Shown here: one piece after another, positions 40,051 through 53,566 of the stretch
How positions within the stretch are numbered: position 1 is the stretch's first letter
Layout of the letters: the number at the start of each line of letters is the position of its first letter
Assembly: GCA_951406725.2 (NCBI GenBank)
Contig: OX597821.1
Span: 95,914,001 to 95,978,000 of the forward strand
DNA: 64,000 nucleotides
Origin: Octopus vulgaris
Taxonomy: Eukaryota
Reading direction: 5' to 3'
The notes under the pieces: model-generated
What the model was told of the DNA's origin: nothing
Seen by the model: the letters and a program-made list of their open reading frames with translations, nothing else
The model's database searches: none
Program-made: the position numbers and the translations under genes

Positions 40051-42366
40051 CGTCTCCATCAGCCGCCACCATCACCGCCACCACAGCCTTCAATGTAATC
40101 CCTACCACCGTCGCCTTTCTCGTCGGATCCCTGCCAGGTTTGATCTTGGTTAAGCAACATCAGCGAGAACAATAAGCAACAGCAATATATCTATGCGGTC
40201 ACAAGATATGCTAGAAAGAGTTACCAAATCCCATTCATTCAAACCACACCTAGCTTTTTAGAAAATGAAGAGTTCGCTGGTTTATATAATCTTAGATACC
40301 CTTAAAAAAATATGGGATGGTCGCGGCTAGAATGATGTGGATTCTACGTCTTCTCGCTCAGCGCTGGCCTAGGGTTAAACAGCAACAAAGGATATTTCGT
40401 GATTCATTGAACACGCATTCATCAAAATTCTGTAAAAGAAAGAAAAAATACAATACCCAATATTGTATATCTAATTATGTAATTGTTATCTGGCTAATTT
40501 AATTAATATTTGGATAATTAATTAATGAGATGGCGTCTGTTACTGATACAATCTGTAGTACAACATTACACTAGCAAGTTTTTATTTTCCTTTTCTTCAT
40601 CCGTCTTGTGTTCTGTTGCTGTTGTTTTTATTCTGTTGTTGTTGTTGTTGTCAAGGTCAGTTCAAATCCTTCTGACCCACGATAAAGGTGTTCCAGCCGT
40701 GACCATCCTATTTATTTAATTGATACATAATCTATTAATATATAGTTGGTCCGGAATCGTTAGCACTCCGGGAGCAATGTTTTGCGGTATTTCGTCCGTC
40801 TTTATGATCAGAGTTTAAATTCCGCCGAGGTCGATTTTGCTTTTTATCCTATTAGGGTTGATAAAATAAGTACTAGTTGAGTACTGGGGTCGACGTAATC
40901 GGCTTACCCCTCCTCCCAAATTGCTGGCCCTGTGCCAAAATTTGAAATCAATATATTACTGGTGCGTTTACAGTGCTTTGTGTCAATGCATTTTGTAATC
41001 TACCTGTGATTTTAATTTTAGCCAACACATTATGTATCGACAGATGTAAACATATTGTCTGATTACAGAATATTTATTCTCCATGAAGGTATTGTACATA
41101 TAGACAAGGTGTTTAAATCTGTCTACACAAACAATGTGGGATAAAAATATATTGAGGTATTCTCTAGTAGTATAGTATATTAAAGACGGTATTATGCAAT
41201 ACCTTTCGCTTTTAGGATGGTAGTATGTTGAAAGGAGACATGGTTGGTTGGTTGTTGTTTTTTTAGCTCTAGGTCAGCCCCCATCGAGATCACCTATAAT
41301 TAAAGCCACTCCATCAATGAACATCACGCCTTTTTCTCTATGAACATTATCTAGTGCAGCCTTTTCTGTAACGATAGGATGTAATTTGAGGGATAGTTGA
41401 CAACTATTTCTAGCAGGTCGGGGGAAGTCGGAGATGATTTTTCAATGGTTCAATATTTGGCTGGTATTTCAGGCTAGATGAATGATTGCACAGGGCTCTA
41501 TTTTGGCTTGTAGATTATTTCTATCTGTAATTTTCTGTCCTACATGTATAATGTGGTCCTTCACTTTTAACCCTTTTTTGGTCCATCATATATTTCCTAT
41601 ATCCCTAGCACAACTATATGAATAGTACTATGGAATATGAAGCCTTTGGAATTTAAACGCGCTGAAACTGCGTATAAATCTGGTCACCATGGATGATGAG
41701 AGGAATTTCATGTTTACTTGTTCTTTGACTTTTCCTCTGCCGTTAATCATTTCCAAGTTCTATCTTGATTTTTCATACAGGTAAATATATTGTATATGGA
41801 TAGATATTCATAAAAAAAACAGGAATAAGGCAAAGTTGCATGATGACATTATCTTCTTCATCCGCGTGACAAATTGTTACCAGAAGGAGGATAAATGAGG
41901 CAGTGCGTTATTAATTCCTGATTTGGTATTTTTAGCATCAGGAAGCTTCTGGATATTACCAAAACTCAGATTTGAATAGATTATTGTGCTACAGTCTCTA
42001 ATGACTGTGTTCTGAGCTAATATCTTGGAAGCCTTTGGAGGCATAATCTCAACAACTGTTACAGATTATGACAGAATGGACCAAATAGTTAACGTCAGAA
42101 GACTAAGATCATCGGCCAATGGCACACCGCACCTCACCCTCTCCACCATACTTTCCATGTATAACTGAAATAATTAATCACACCCTTCCAATCTAGATTC
42201 CTTGTAGCATCATTTTCAAAGACTAACATGGTGCAAGCGGGTATTAATTTGCCTCAGACAGCCATCTATGTCATTGGAAAAGCTCAGAAAGAGTCTTCGT
42301 AAATCACCATCCCAGCCGCTATATCAAGGTCATCTTGTACTGGGTCTTCTGTGTTTCCTTTTCAGC

Positions 42367-42431
<65 letters not shown>

Positions 42432-43134
42432 GTATGTGTCTATGTGTGTGTGAGTGTGCGTGAGATGTGTGTACGTGTCTGTATATGTACATACATATAT
42501 ACATACATTCATACATACATACATACATACACACAAGCCTATATACACATATATAACAATTTTTCCCTCTCTTTCTCTCTCTCTCTCTACATATACACAC
42601 ATAGACACATACACACACACATACATATGTTTCGTTTATCTTTTACTGTTTACTTGTTTTAGTTATTAGACTGTGTCACGCTGGGGCACCGCTTCGAAGA
42701 ATTTTTTAGTTTAACGAATTGATCCCAGTACTTATTCTTTTTAGAGCCTGCTACGTATTTTATCGGTCACTTTCACCGAACCTCTGGGTTACGGAGTTGC
42801 AAACACACCAACACCGGCTGTCAAGCGGTGATTGTTTAGTAAATTTGTGTAAACATGAACAAAATGAAAGATTCGAATACTGCCCTTAGAGTTGGAATAT
42901 TTTCGAACGTTTGAAGTCAAATTTTCGGGGAATCCTTTAAGTAAACCGTTACTATTAATACTGAGTATTATATATATCTTCGCTAGAAGATGGCAGGGCT
43001 TCGGTCCCCTGCTTGCTATATATATATCGGGTGCAGATTTCATCGACAACTAGCTGGAGGAGGCACCCTCTATGGGTTAAAAATGGCAGTAACGTCGGTT
43101 CCTACGGAACAGACACGATGAAGTGGAGATAAAC

Positions 43135-43184
<50 letters not shown>

Positions 43185-43186
<2 letters not shown>

Positions 43187-43363
43187 AAAATATAAGGAAT
43201 GGTCATAATAGAACATTCGACTCACTAGAAAGAGCAGCCAAACTTAAACCGCTAAAACTTTTGAGAGACACGGCAGGAATGATCTCAAACTTTTAGCGGT
43301 TTGAGTTTGGCTGCTCTTTCTAGTGAGCCGAATGTCCTATTATGGCCATTCCTTATATTTTTG
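43185..43363. repeat. Near-perfect ~180-bp palindrome beside (TA)n
   Basis: ~80-bp arms with 4 substitutions plus differences next to the loop. Confidence 0.95.
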
Positions 43364-43459
43364 AATGTATATTATATAGTCTTTGACTGTTTTTTCTTTC
43401 TCGCTGGACCGCTGGTAGCGGAGAATTTTTTGTAGAATTTTTGGCGAACCTTATATTTA

Positions 43460-43582
<123 letters not shown>

Positions 43583-45704
43583 ACATATACTTGCATACAT
43601 ACATTTCTCTTTTGGAATGGTGGACCTTGAAGGACATAAAGCTATGAATAATAACGTGTAAATATTCAGTCCTCGCCTTTTGGAATGAAAAAAGAATAAA
43701 GGTAGCCATTGCCTTTTATTGACCTTAAGGATTTTTAAACCCAATGTCCACACGCTATTATTTATAAGACTGTGGTTCGAGATCTACTATCCCCAAAAGA
43801 ATAATTTCACGTTCTCTCGAAGTTTATAAATTCTTATGACATCAGCATATGCATTCACTGAATTCTTACCTCATTGCATATCAGAATTTGCACACATAAT
43901 CATCAGAAATTTCTATTTCTATTGACAAAGAAACTTATGGATGCAGTTAAATGAAGCGTCATCAGGGGAAATCGTAGAAAGAAAAAATTAAAATTTTCTG
44001 CTGTAATTATATGCGAGTGCGTGCATGTCTGAATGTGTGTGTGTGTCCTTTGGTTGTGTATATGCATGCACCGACTGTGTGCATATGAATGTGTGTATAT
44101 GTCTGTGTACGTGAGTGGTGTCTTAATAATTTCTCTGTACCATATCACTATATATGCATTCTGTTTGAGTGCGTGTATATGTGTGCATGTATGTGTGTGT
44201 GAGAGATTCTGTATGTCTAGATGTTTAAAGCCGTGTGTGTGGATGTGTGTGTGAATGTGTGTGTATATGAGTGTGTGAGCGTATGACTGTGTGTATATAT
44301 GTGTGTATCTGTAAATATATATGACACTTAAAAATAAAATGTTTTCAGATGCAATTCCTTAATAGTTAGAAATGACTTTCCCTTGAGAATTCTCTAAATT
44401 TTACGCTATTTAATCTTCTCATTCTTTCTACCACCATGGGGTAAAAATTTCGAAATTATGTACATGACATCACATAAAATAACAGCTAGAATCTTCGAAT
44501 TCCGGGTGTTTAATGTTTCTCTAGCTGCGTGATTGTGACGTCTGTGGTTTTGCTTTCGTAACAATTAGTCTATACAAGAATTCATAGAAGAGTTGCTTTT
44601 GTAACCTTGCAGATTCTAGATAATAATGAGAGCAAAAATTCGGTCACTCGAAAAATATTGGCACTGTAAAATAGGTAATTACAAAGATAAGACGAGGCAA
44701 GAATCAAGGAAAGACATAATATCCTTATATATTATCCCAAGTCCTATTTCCTTGCACGTCGATTCCGTTCAAATCACGTTTACGTGGATTGTTTCATGTT
44801 GGTGAGAGGGAAAGACAAAATTGTGTGTATTTCACTGTGCAACAAAATTATTACTATTTTTTGTCTTTGATCAGTAAGTGTTATTTCCTATTTGCTTCTA
44901 TCTAGAAATGAAAGGATATGACTATTATACCCTGCAAACTTTGCTTTTGTGACCTGAATATCAATGTTTTGAAACTGACTCATTTTCCATTACATTTCAG
45001 ACAGATTCAGCACTGAGTCGTTGAAGCAGAAATATCGTTACAGCAAATATTCTGCTCAGTATCACAGACTTGCTTGTCAATTGTTTGACTTTTACCACTT
45101 GAGCTTGTCCCTTAGTGACTGACTATATGCGCATCTCTGATCATGAGCAGGAGTCGTGGGGGTGGGGTGAGGGAGCATCGTAGCCATGTGTTGAGAGGTA
45201 TTCTTTTGGGTTTGAATAGATGTAACAAAAGCGAAGCTTGAAGGAAATAGCTATTTTAAAATACTTTTTAGGGATAAGCGTATAGGAAATAACAGTTGGC
45301 ATCCAAAGACAAAAACCGTATTACAGAGTGTTTTCTGCTGCTTCTTAACGGTTACTAAGTACAATCTTTGGGAGTAGTTGTAGTATATTACGTTGCAAGC
45401 TTTTGCCCTTTCTCTAACAGTAACGAAGTTGAGAAAAAGAGGAAGATATATATATTAATATATATATATATAGAGTAAACAAGAGAGACAGAGACTGGCA
45501 GAAACAAGGAAGATGCCACTTGTATTTGAACACTATACGAATATTCTTTTAAAAAAACTTTAAAATTTTTCTAAATTTAATTGTTTTCCATACTTAAAGT
45601 TGAAAAAGTCTCAATGGCTGAAACCGATACTGAAATGTTTTTTATAAAATTATTTTAGCATTTTCTATCTTGACTTTTTTTCCCATATATGTATATATAT
45701 ATAT

Positions 45705-45764
<60 letters not shown>

Positions 45765-45935
45765 CAACGTTATTGCTTGGGTTGTAAACATTTATCTACA
45801 GCACAAGTGCCAGTACTCAATTCGTTATCTCTGCCTTCCCCACATTCAAACAAAGTTCAAGTTTCGAAACGTTCTAGGAATCTCTAATCAAACACATACA
45901 CACACAAACAAACAAGCACACACACACACACACAC

Positions 45936-46017
<82 letters not shown>

Positions 46018-46474
46018 AAAAAGATTAGCTTTCGTTTTCAATATTTGTTTATTTTTTTTATTCATTTTATTTTAGATTCATAACATTTAAAGTTCATGAA
46101 ACAAAACAAATATTAAAAAATACGTAAATATGAAATATAAAATGAAACAATTATTTTCAGGACAGACCGGATATGGTGTCACGCCACTCTCCATTCACTA
46201 TATATATGGTACGAGGACGTACTTATACGGGAAGTAATTCTCATATCGGTGTTGTTTATTTCCGTTGTCGCTGCTATTAATGTTGTTGTTTATCCTCAGG
46301 TCAACACGAATCAAATATACCTATCCGTGACCATTCAGACTCTCATTCAGACATAATGTATCTCAGAATGTTTTACCTAATGAATTTGTCCCTATTTCAT
46401 TTTCAATAGTAGGGATTGATTTGTGGATGTTTTACTATTTATTGTTCGTATTTTAGTGTACTTTTAGTCCTATA

Positions 46475-46637
46475 TTTAAGAGATGAGGAATTATGTACAT
46501 TATTTACATTATTTACATTTGAGAGATATTTGCCCACATCTTATTTGTTGTTAACACGTTTCGGCTGATATACCCTCCAGCCTTCATCAGGTATCTTGGG
46601 GAAATTTCGAAACTGGGTTCTCATTCCTAAGGTATTT
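46475..46637 (-). mobile_element. Penelope-type terminal repeat with hammerhead-like core (46552-46595)
   Basis: gatacCTGATGAaggctggagggtatatcagccGAAACgtgtt on minus. Confidence 0.75.
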
Positions 46638-46642
46638 TTCGA

Positions 46643-46706
<64 letters not shown>

Positions 46707-46737
46707 ATTATTATTATTTATTATTATTATTATTATT

Positions 46738-47932
46738 GCGTGCTTTCACTTCACTACCGAGCGTAGCTCTGTGTGTCTTGGGTATGTGCTGTGGTTTGCT
46801 GTGATGCTCTTATAGTTACTGTATTGAAAGTGCTTTGCGTAGGATGTGTGCAGTGCCCAGTAATGCAAGTTTCTGTGTTATATATATTTGTAAGCCCTGA
46901 TGTTTATGTTATGTATTTGTCTGAATATTTCTTTTTATCATACCTAATGCGTCCACTATGATAGGAATTGTTCCTGTTTTTAGATTCCATATTCGAGTTA
47001 CCTCTATTTCCAGGTCTTTGTATTTTGAAAGTTTATCCATTTCTTTTAGAGAAACGTTGTCATCAATTAGAAAGCATTTATTCTTCATGATCTCTGACAA
47101 CTATATCTGGCCAATTGGCCTTAATTTCTCTATCTGTGTGTATCGGCATATCCCAGAGTATGGTTGCTTTCTCGTTTTCTGTGACCTTTTCTGGCATGTG
47201 CTTATACCATCTTTTTTCTGTTGTTATTCCATAGTGTTGGCATAGCTTCCACTGTATGTAGGTCCCAAGTCCGTCGTGTCTGTGAATAAATTCCATCTTA
47301 TGCAGGACTGGGCAGCCAGAGATAATATGATTTATTGTTTCTTGTCCATTTCCTCATATTCTGCAGTTACTTGTTATGTTTTTTTTCATTATATGTTTTT
47401 GGTAATTCCTGGTGGGGAGGCTTTGGTCTTGTGCTGCAATTAAAAATCCTTCAGCCTCTGCTTTTAGTCCTGAGCTTCTCAAGCATTGCTGGGATTTTCT
47501 CTGTCTATTTCTTTTGCATTTAGTTTAACCCAGTATTTGCCATGAAGAACTGGGACGGCTAGAGTATTAATACCTATTATCTTGTTTTTAGCATTGAGCT
47601 TTGTTTTCAGTATTGATTTAACTCGTCTATAGTATTTCTTTATTTTCTCTTTCATTTGTGTGTGTTGTTTCGTATCTAGTTCATTGATTCCTAAATATTT
47701 GTATGTCTGGCTTTGCTCTAATTCTCTTATTTCATTGGCTATATCTAATGTGATGTTGCTACTCTTAACTAGTTTTCCTCTTTTCAAGGTTACTCTGGCA
47801 CATTTTTCTAAGCCAAATTTCATATCTATTTCTTTGGTAAATCCATGAACTGTCTTTAGTAGTGTTTCCAGCTGTATCTCATTTGCAGCGTATAGTTTTA
47901 GGTCATCAATATATAAGAAGTGGCTGATTGTT
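46738..47932 (-). mobile_element. 5'-truncated Dong/R4-clade LINE flanked by (TAA)n on both sides
   Basis: SHFLYIDDLKLY, MKFGLEKC, YKYLG, HIISGCPVL, RHD, ILWDMPIHTD...WPDIVV, KYKDLEIEV. Confidence 0.92.
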
Positions 47933-47936
47933 GTTG

Positions 47937-48015
<79 letters not shown>

Positions 48016-48030
48016 TAAGGCGTAGAGGTA

Positions 48031-48170
48031 TACCTTAGGAATGAGAACCCAGGTTCGAAATTTCCTCAAGACACCTGATGGAGGCTGGAGGATATATCAG
48101 CCGAAACGGTGTGTTAACAACAAACAAGATGAGGACAAATATCTAACAAATGTAAATAATATGAATAATG
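48031..48170 (+). mobile_element. Penelope-type terminal repeat, inverted partner of 46475-46637, hammerhead-like core 48070-48116
   Basis: gacacCTGATGGaggctggaggatatatcagccGAAACggtgtgtt. Confidence 0.75.
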
Positions 48171-48405
48171 TTAGTGTCTTTTGCCTGGAAATCCATTCTC
48201 AGAATGTATTAAACAGAAACAGAACAGAAGACACGTGAGGTTGAGAGTTGCTGAAGAGGTTACAGGATGCGTGACGAAAGATTTCTAGAAAAATAAGAAA
48301 AATAATAAAGCTGATGTGAAGAACGAGTATATGGATTTGAGGATGCTTTTGTTGATATTTCCAGCAGACAGAGATCACACGGAATTTCATTTGGGTTGTT
48401 TTGTA

Positions 48406-48602
48406 TCAACTTAAATCATAGATAACACGGAGGAGGACCGTTGCAGTCAATGTGACGAGGGTGGCCATAGAAAATCTGGAAGAAGTGTTGGCTGCCGTGA
48501 CATGGACTTGGTCGGAGGGCGTGAGTGGATAAATCTGAATGTCTTCTCTGGGATCGAGTGAATCGTAGGTAAGAGGAAGGTCAGGTTTAGACCAGGGGAC
48601 AC
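48406..48602 (-). CDS. Probable last coding exon (phase 1) of a GPI-anchored cell-surface protein
   Basis: Acceptor tgttgtatcattgcag|GT, then 64 open codons VPWSKPDLPLTYDSLDPREDIQIYPLTPSDQVHVTAANTSSRFSMATLVTLTATVLLRVIYDLS and TGA; unique, GC-richer than flanks; small residues, spacer and hydrophobic tail. Confidence 0.65.
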
Positions 48603-48712
48603 CTGCAATGATACAACAGCAACTAGAATGTCGGCAACCTATACATATATGCATACATAAATACATACATATGTATGTATATATGGATATATATGTATGT
48701 GTATATGCATGC

Positions 48713-48754
<42 letters not shown>

Positions 48755-48902
48755 ATATGGATATATATGTATGTGTATATACATGGTTATATATACATAT
48801 GTATATATGTACATATACTTACATACGCACACACACACATATATATACATACGTACATACATACATGTATACATACATGTATACATACACATATACATAT
48901 AT

Positions 48903-48933
<31 letters not shown>

Positions 48934-48937
48934 CACA

Positions 48938-49817
48938 TACAAAGAGCGTGTGATGGGTAAATTGTCGCCAATTTATATTTGTAATTTCGCGTTTGCGCAT
49001 TGTTTGTTTTTGATTTTGTTGACTACACGGTATAGTAGGGTCAGTTGGGTACTGTCTGTGAGAAAAACAGCATCATGCACAATTCACTGCATCAGAAATT
49101 TAGAAACGACATACTGAACTGCATTGCATTCGCGCCGGAAGTTCCAATATGAACATTTCAGAATGTTTGGGCGTCAATCTGAGGACATGTACCGAGAGCG
49201 ATAAAAATCAAACACCCAGTCATCATCATGGTGTTTGGCATGCTCACTAGAGATGGCGACGTTATGCCTTCATTCATCTTCCCACACATCCTCAGACTCA
49301 ACACGAAGCCTACATCAAGTGCTTGGAGAAGGTAGTGCTGTTCTTGGTCAAGAGGGTGGCTGCTGGAAGATTCTGTGTCTAGCAACAGAACTCTGCACTA
49401 TGCCAGAAGCAGGAGAACCCAGTCATGGCTGTCAGACAATTTCTACGACCATATCACCTCAAACATCTGGCTAGATAACTTCCGCAGACTGCAACCCCCC
49501 TTAATTATTATGTGTGGGGTGCAGTTGAGCGAGAGACCAACAAAACTCCTTGTAACACCAAAGATGAACTGAAGCTAAGGATTATGGCAGCATTGACCAA
49601 CTTAAACAAGGAGACCGTCCATAAGAGTTGCAGGAGATTCCGAAGTCGTCTGGAAGCAGTGGTTGAAGTCAACGGCGATTTTATTGAATAAATTTACTCT
49701 TTAGTATTTCAATATATTTTTTATGTAATTTTGGTAAATATTTCTGTTAAAATGAGATGTTAGTGTTATTTTCATTTTTGCGTAATTTAGACGATAATTT
49801 ATTCACCGCACCCTGTA
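48938..49817 (+). mobile_element. Tc1/mariner superfamily, maT (DD37D)-like, internally deleted
   Basis: KHPVIIMVFG, QQNSA, SADCNP/LNYYVWGAVE, CRRFRSRLEAVVEVNGDFIE; imperfect TIRs ending caccctg|TA. Confidence 0.8.
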
Positions 49818-49824
49818 TATAGTT

Positions 49825-50237
49825 ATAATAACAATAATCCTTGGATGAAATTTATAAACATTTTAATGCATCGTTATGCGCGTTTCCACAAATCTCATGT
49901 CTCTTAAGATCACAGTCCGTATTCCTGGGAGGATTAATATAGCATTAATAGATGTTTAACTTTGGAAGGTTGATTGCGGTATGTGAGTATTTCTGGTGAA
50001 ATACCCACATACCTCAATCAGTCAAAAGTGATAAATACTCTCAGTTAAACATCCATTAGTGTTCTATTGTTGAAAAAATGAATCCATGACGATGATCTAC
50101 CCGATGCCCATGGATACTACGGACGACACTTAATCGTCGCAGGAATACGGACTAAGATCTTGAGAGGCACGAGATTTGTGGAAATGCGCGTAGCGATGCA
50201 TTAAAATATTTATAAGTTTCAGATTATTGTTATTATT
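49825..50237. repeat. ~410-bp imperfect fold-back (nested inverted repeats)
   Basis: Outer ~110-bp arms and inner arms centred on a tggt loop near 49996. Confidence 0.9.
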
Positions 50238-50361
50238 ACTATATCTATCCTAAATCATATCGGTTTCATCAGTCAACATCTTTAGGCTATAACCGGCTTA
50301 ATGGAAGGAATAGGAGCTTTATTTGCATATTCAAAACGTTTCCCGTAAACAAATTTAAAAG

Positions 50362-50416
<55 letters not shown>

Positions 50417-50509
50417 TATTATATATAATTATGTATATATGTATATATATGTATATATATGTATATATATGTATATATATATACATACATACGTACATAC
50501 ATATATATA

Positions 50510-50565
<56 letters not shown>

Positions 50566-50577
50566 CCTATATATATA

Positions 50578-50615
<38 letters not shown>

Positions 50616-50627
50616 TATATATATAGG

Positions 50628-50665
<38 letters not shown>

Positions 50666-50786
50666 CCTATATATATATATGCATATATATATATATATAT
50701 ATATGCACACACCTATATATATATATGCATATATATATATATGCACACACCTATATATATATGCATATATATATATATATGCATAA

Positions 50787-50833
<47 letters not shown>

Positions 50834-51449
50834 CGCATAAATGTACATAATATACGCGTATCTAAATATAAAAACACTAACCTTCAAATGGCTCAGTTCG
50901 TATAGCTCTAAATAGGTACCACATTGTAAGAAGAAGTAGTAACACTGTAGAACTAATTAGCTGTTTGTTAGCTTGCAGAGCCAAGTTCAGTTTTCCTGCG
51001 TAGTCTCTCGAATTGCAAGAAATAGCAACAGGTACTCTACATGCCACTTATATGATTGTTGTAAAAGAGGAATGTCAAATCTGAATAAAAAGGCAGAATG
51101 GTATTCGTTGGAATATCTTCGACCCTGAGTTTGTTTGATCAGGGATTGACCTGGGCTTAAATAATAACTATTTGTGTAATACTCACTGTAAAACCACTTC
51201 CTTAGTAATAACTGAACAACCCATGCAGTTAAATCTAATCATGTGAAATGGTCTTTAAACTGAAGTCATTGAAGATTTCGTTTAGTATTCAGGGACAAAC
51301 ATCGAACACTTATCTGCCGTTGTTGTTGTTCATGTTATTTTAACTCAGGTCAGTACTGGTTGAATGTACCTATGATCAAAGGAATTTCAACTCTGAACAT
51401 CTCATGTCTTGTTTACAAAGATGGAATATAAGGACCTATCTAATTACTC

Positions 51450-51864
51450 TTTTTTCTTTTACTCTTTTACTCTTTTACTTATTTCAGTCATTTGACTGCG
51501 GCCATGCTGGAGCACCGCCTTTAGTCGAGCAAATCGACCCCGGGACTTATTCTTTGTAAGCCCAGTACTTATTCTATCGGTCTCTTTTGCTGAACCGCTA
51601 AGTGACGGGGACGTAAACACACCAGCATCGGTTGTCAAGCAATGCTAGGGAGACAAACAGACACACAAACACATACACGCATACATATATATATATACAT
51701 ATATACGACAGACTTCTTTCAGTTTCCGTCTACCAAATCCACTCACAAGGCATTGGTCGGCCCGGGGCTATAGCAGAAGACACTTGCCCGAGATGCCACG
51801 CAGTGGGACTGAACCCGGAACCATGTGGTTGGTTAGCAAGCTACTTACCACACAGCCACTCCTG
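51450..51864 (-). mobile_element. SINE family B
   Basis: Consensus match. Confidence 0.92.
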
Positions 51865-52855
51865 TATACTTTCTTTTTATAAAACTATAGGGTATATTTT
51901 GAGGGTTAATTTTGGCTACTAATTCTAGCAGGTAGAGTGATCATGTAGTGGTTTACTGGTTGGCTCAAGCATTCATATATAAAGTAAATATGTAATGTTG
52001 TTCAATTGGACTTTTTTTTATCGGCCCAGGAAGAATGAAAGACAAAGTTAAATATCGTCAAAGCCAATTTGGCTCTTCATTCCTCCGGGGGTAACGAAAC
52101 AAAGTACCAGTCTAGTACCGGGATCGAGGATATTGACAAACTCCTCCCTATAAAATAGTTGGCATTATGCTAAAATTAGAAAAAATTATTGTTTTCATTA
52201 TGGCATACTTTAAAACTTTGGTACAAGGCTAACAATTTTAGAGGGAGGGTTTTTTCAATTACATCGACTCCAGTACTTGACTGGTACTTTAATATATCAA
52301 CTCTAAAAGTATGAAATGCAAAGTTGACCTCGGTGGAAATCAAATCCAGAATGTAAGGGGCTAGAGCGAATACTGCAAAATATTTTTTCCGAAGCTTTAA
52401 CGATTTTGCTAGCTCGCCTAGCAGCAATTCTTCCGGTTTTTTTACGCTCTGAGCTCAAACCTCACCGAGGTCAGCATTGCCTTTCATCCTTTCGATTCGA
52501 TAAAATAATGTGGCTATTAAGTGTTGGGTTCTCTTAAAATTGCTGGCCTTGTGCGAAAATTAGAAATAATCATTATAGCATCTTGACCACAGAAAGTCTC
52601 GGGGAAAAACAAAATGATGATAAGACGCTAAATTCTCTGAGGGAAAATTTCCAGTCGATCTTTTAGCTATTTCTACTGAAAGCTGTATCATTTGGCGACA
52701 ATATAGAATGAAGCTTTTTTTTAATTACAAAAACGTAGCAGAGACGTAGAAAAACAAATCTTGATTAATTCACGTGATGGCATGCTTCCTATCCTTCTTT
52801 ATGATAGCTAAAGAGACTGTGATAATGTCGATGACAGAATTTTAACTGGAGATAT

Positions 52856-53050
52856 ATTTCTTTACTACCCACAAGGGGCTAAACAGAGAGGGGGCAAACA
52901 AGGACAGACAAACGGATTAAGTCGATTACATCAACCCCAGTGCGTAACTGGTACTTAATTTATCGCCCCCGAAAGGATGGATGAAAGGCCAAGTCGACCT
53001 CGGCGGAATTTGAACCCAGAACGTTACGACAGGCGAAATACGGCTACGCA
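52856..53050 (-). mobile_element. SINE family C, 5'-truncated, 16-bp TSD attttaactggagata
   Basis: Consensus match; TSD on both sides. Confidence 0.9.
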
Positions 53051-53178
53051 TTTTAACTGGAGATACTAAGGTAATAGGTACACCTGGATCGGATACCAAT
53101 CTATCATAGGTATAAATTCTCTACTTATTTATGTATGTTACCTGGACCTACTGAAGCAATGTAGAATATAAAGGTACT

Positions 53179-53566
53179 GGATGGAAGCACTCCGTCGGTT
53201 ACGACGATGAGGGTTCCGGTTGATCCGAATCAACGGAACAGCCTGCTCGTGAAATTAACGTGTAAGTGGCTGAGCACTCCACAGACACGTGCACCCTTAA
53301 CGTAGTTCTCGGGGATATTCAGCGTGACACAGAGTGACAAGGCCGGCCCCTTGAAATACAGGTACAACAGAAACAGGAAGTAAGAGTGAGAGAAAGTTAT
53401 GGTGAAAGAGTACAGCAGGGAATCACCACCATCCCCTGCCGGAGCCTCGTGGAGCTTTTAGGTGTTTTCGCTCAATAAACACTCACAACGCCCGGTCTGG
53501 GAATCGAAACCGCGATCCTATGACCGCGAGTCCGCTGCCCTAACCACTGGGCCATTGCGCCTCCTC
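53179..53566 (-). mobile_element. SINE family A, tail 1, TSD ataaaggtact
   Basis: TSD at 53168-53178 and 53567-53577. Confidence 0.95.

Noticed and set aside
43870-43918. Minus-strand exon with donor AG|gtaaga
   Set aside because: 43 or 49 nt with stops in the frames checked; could only be UTR or start-containing, with no further support
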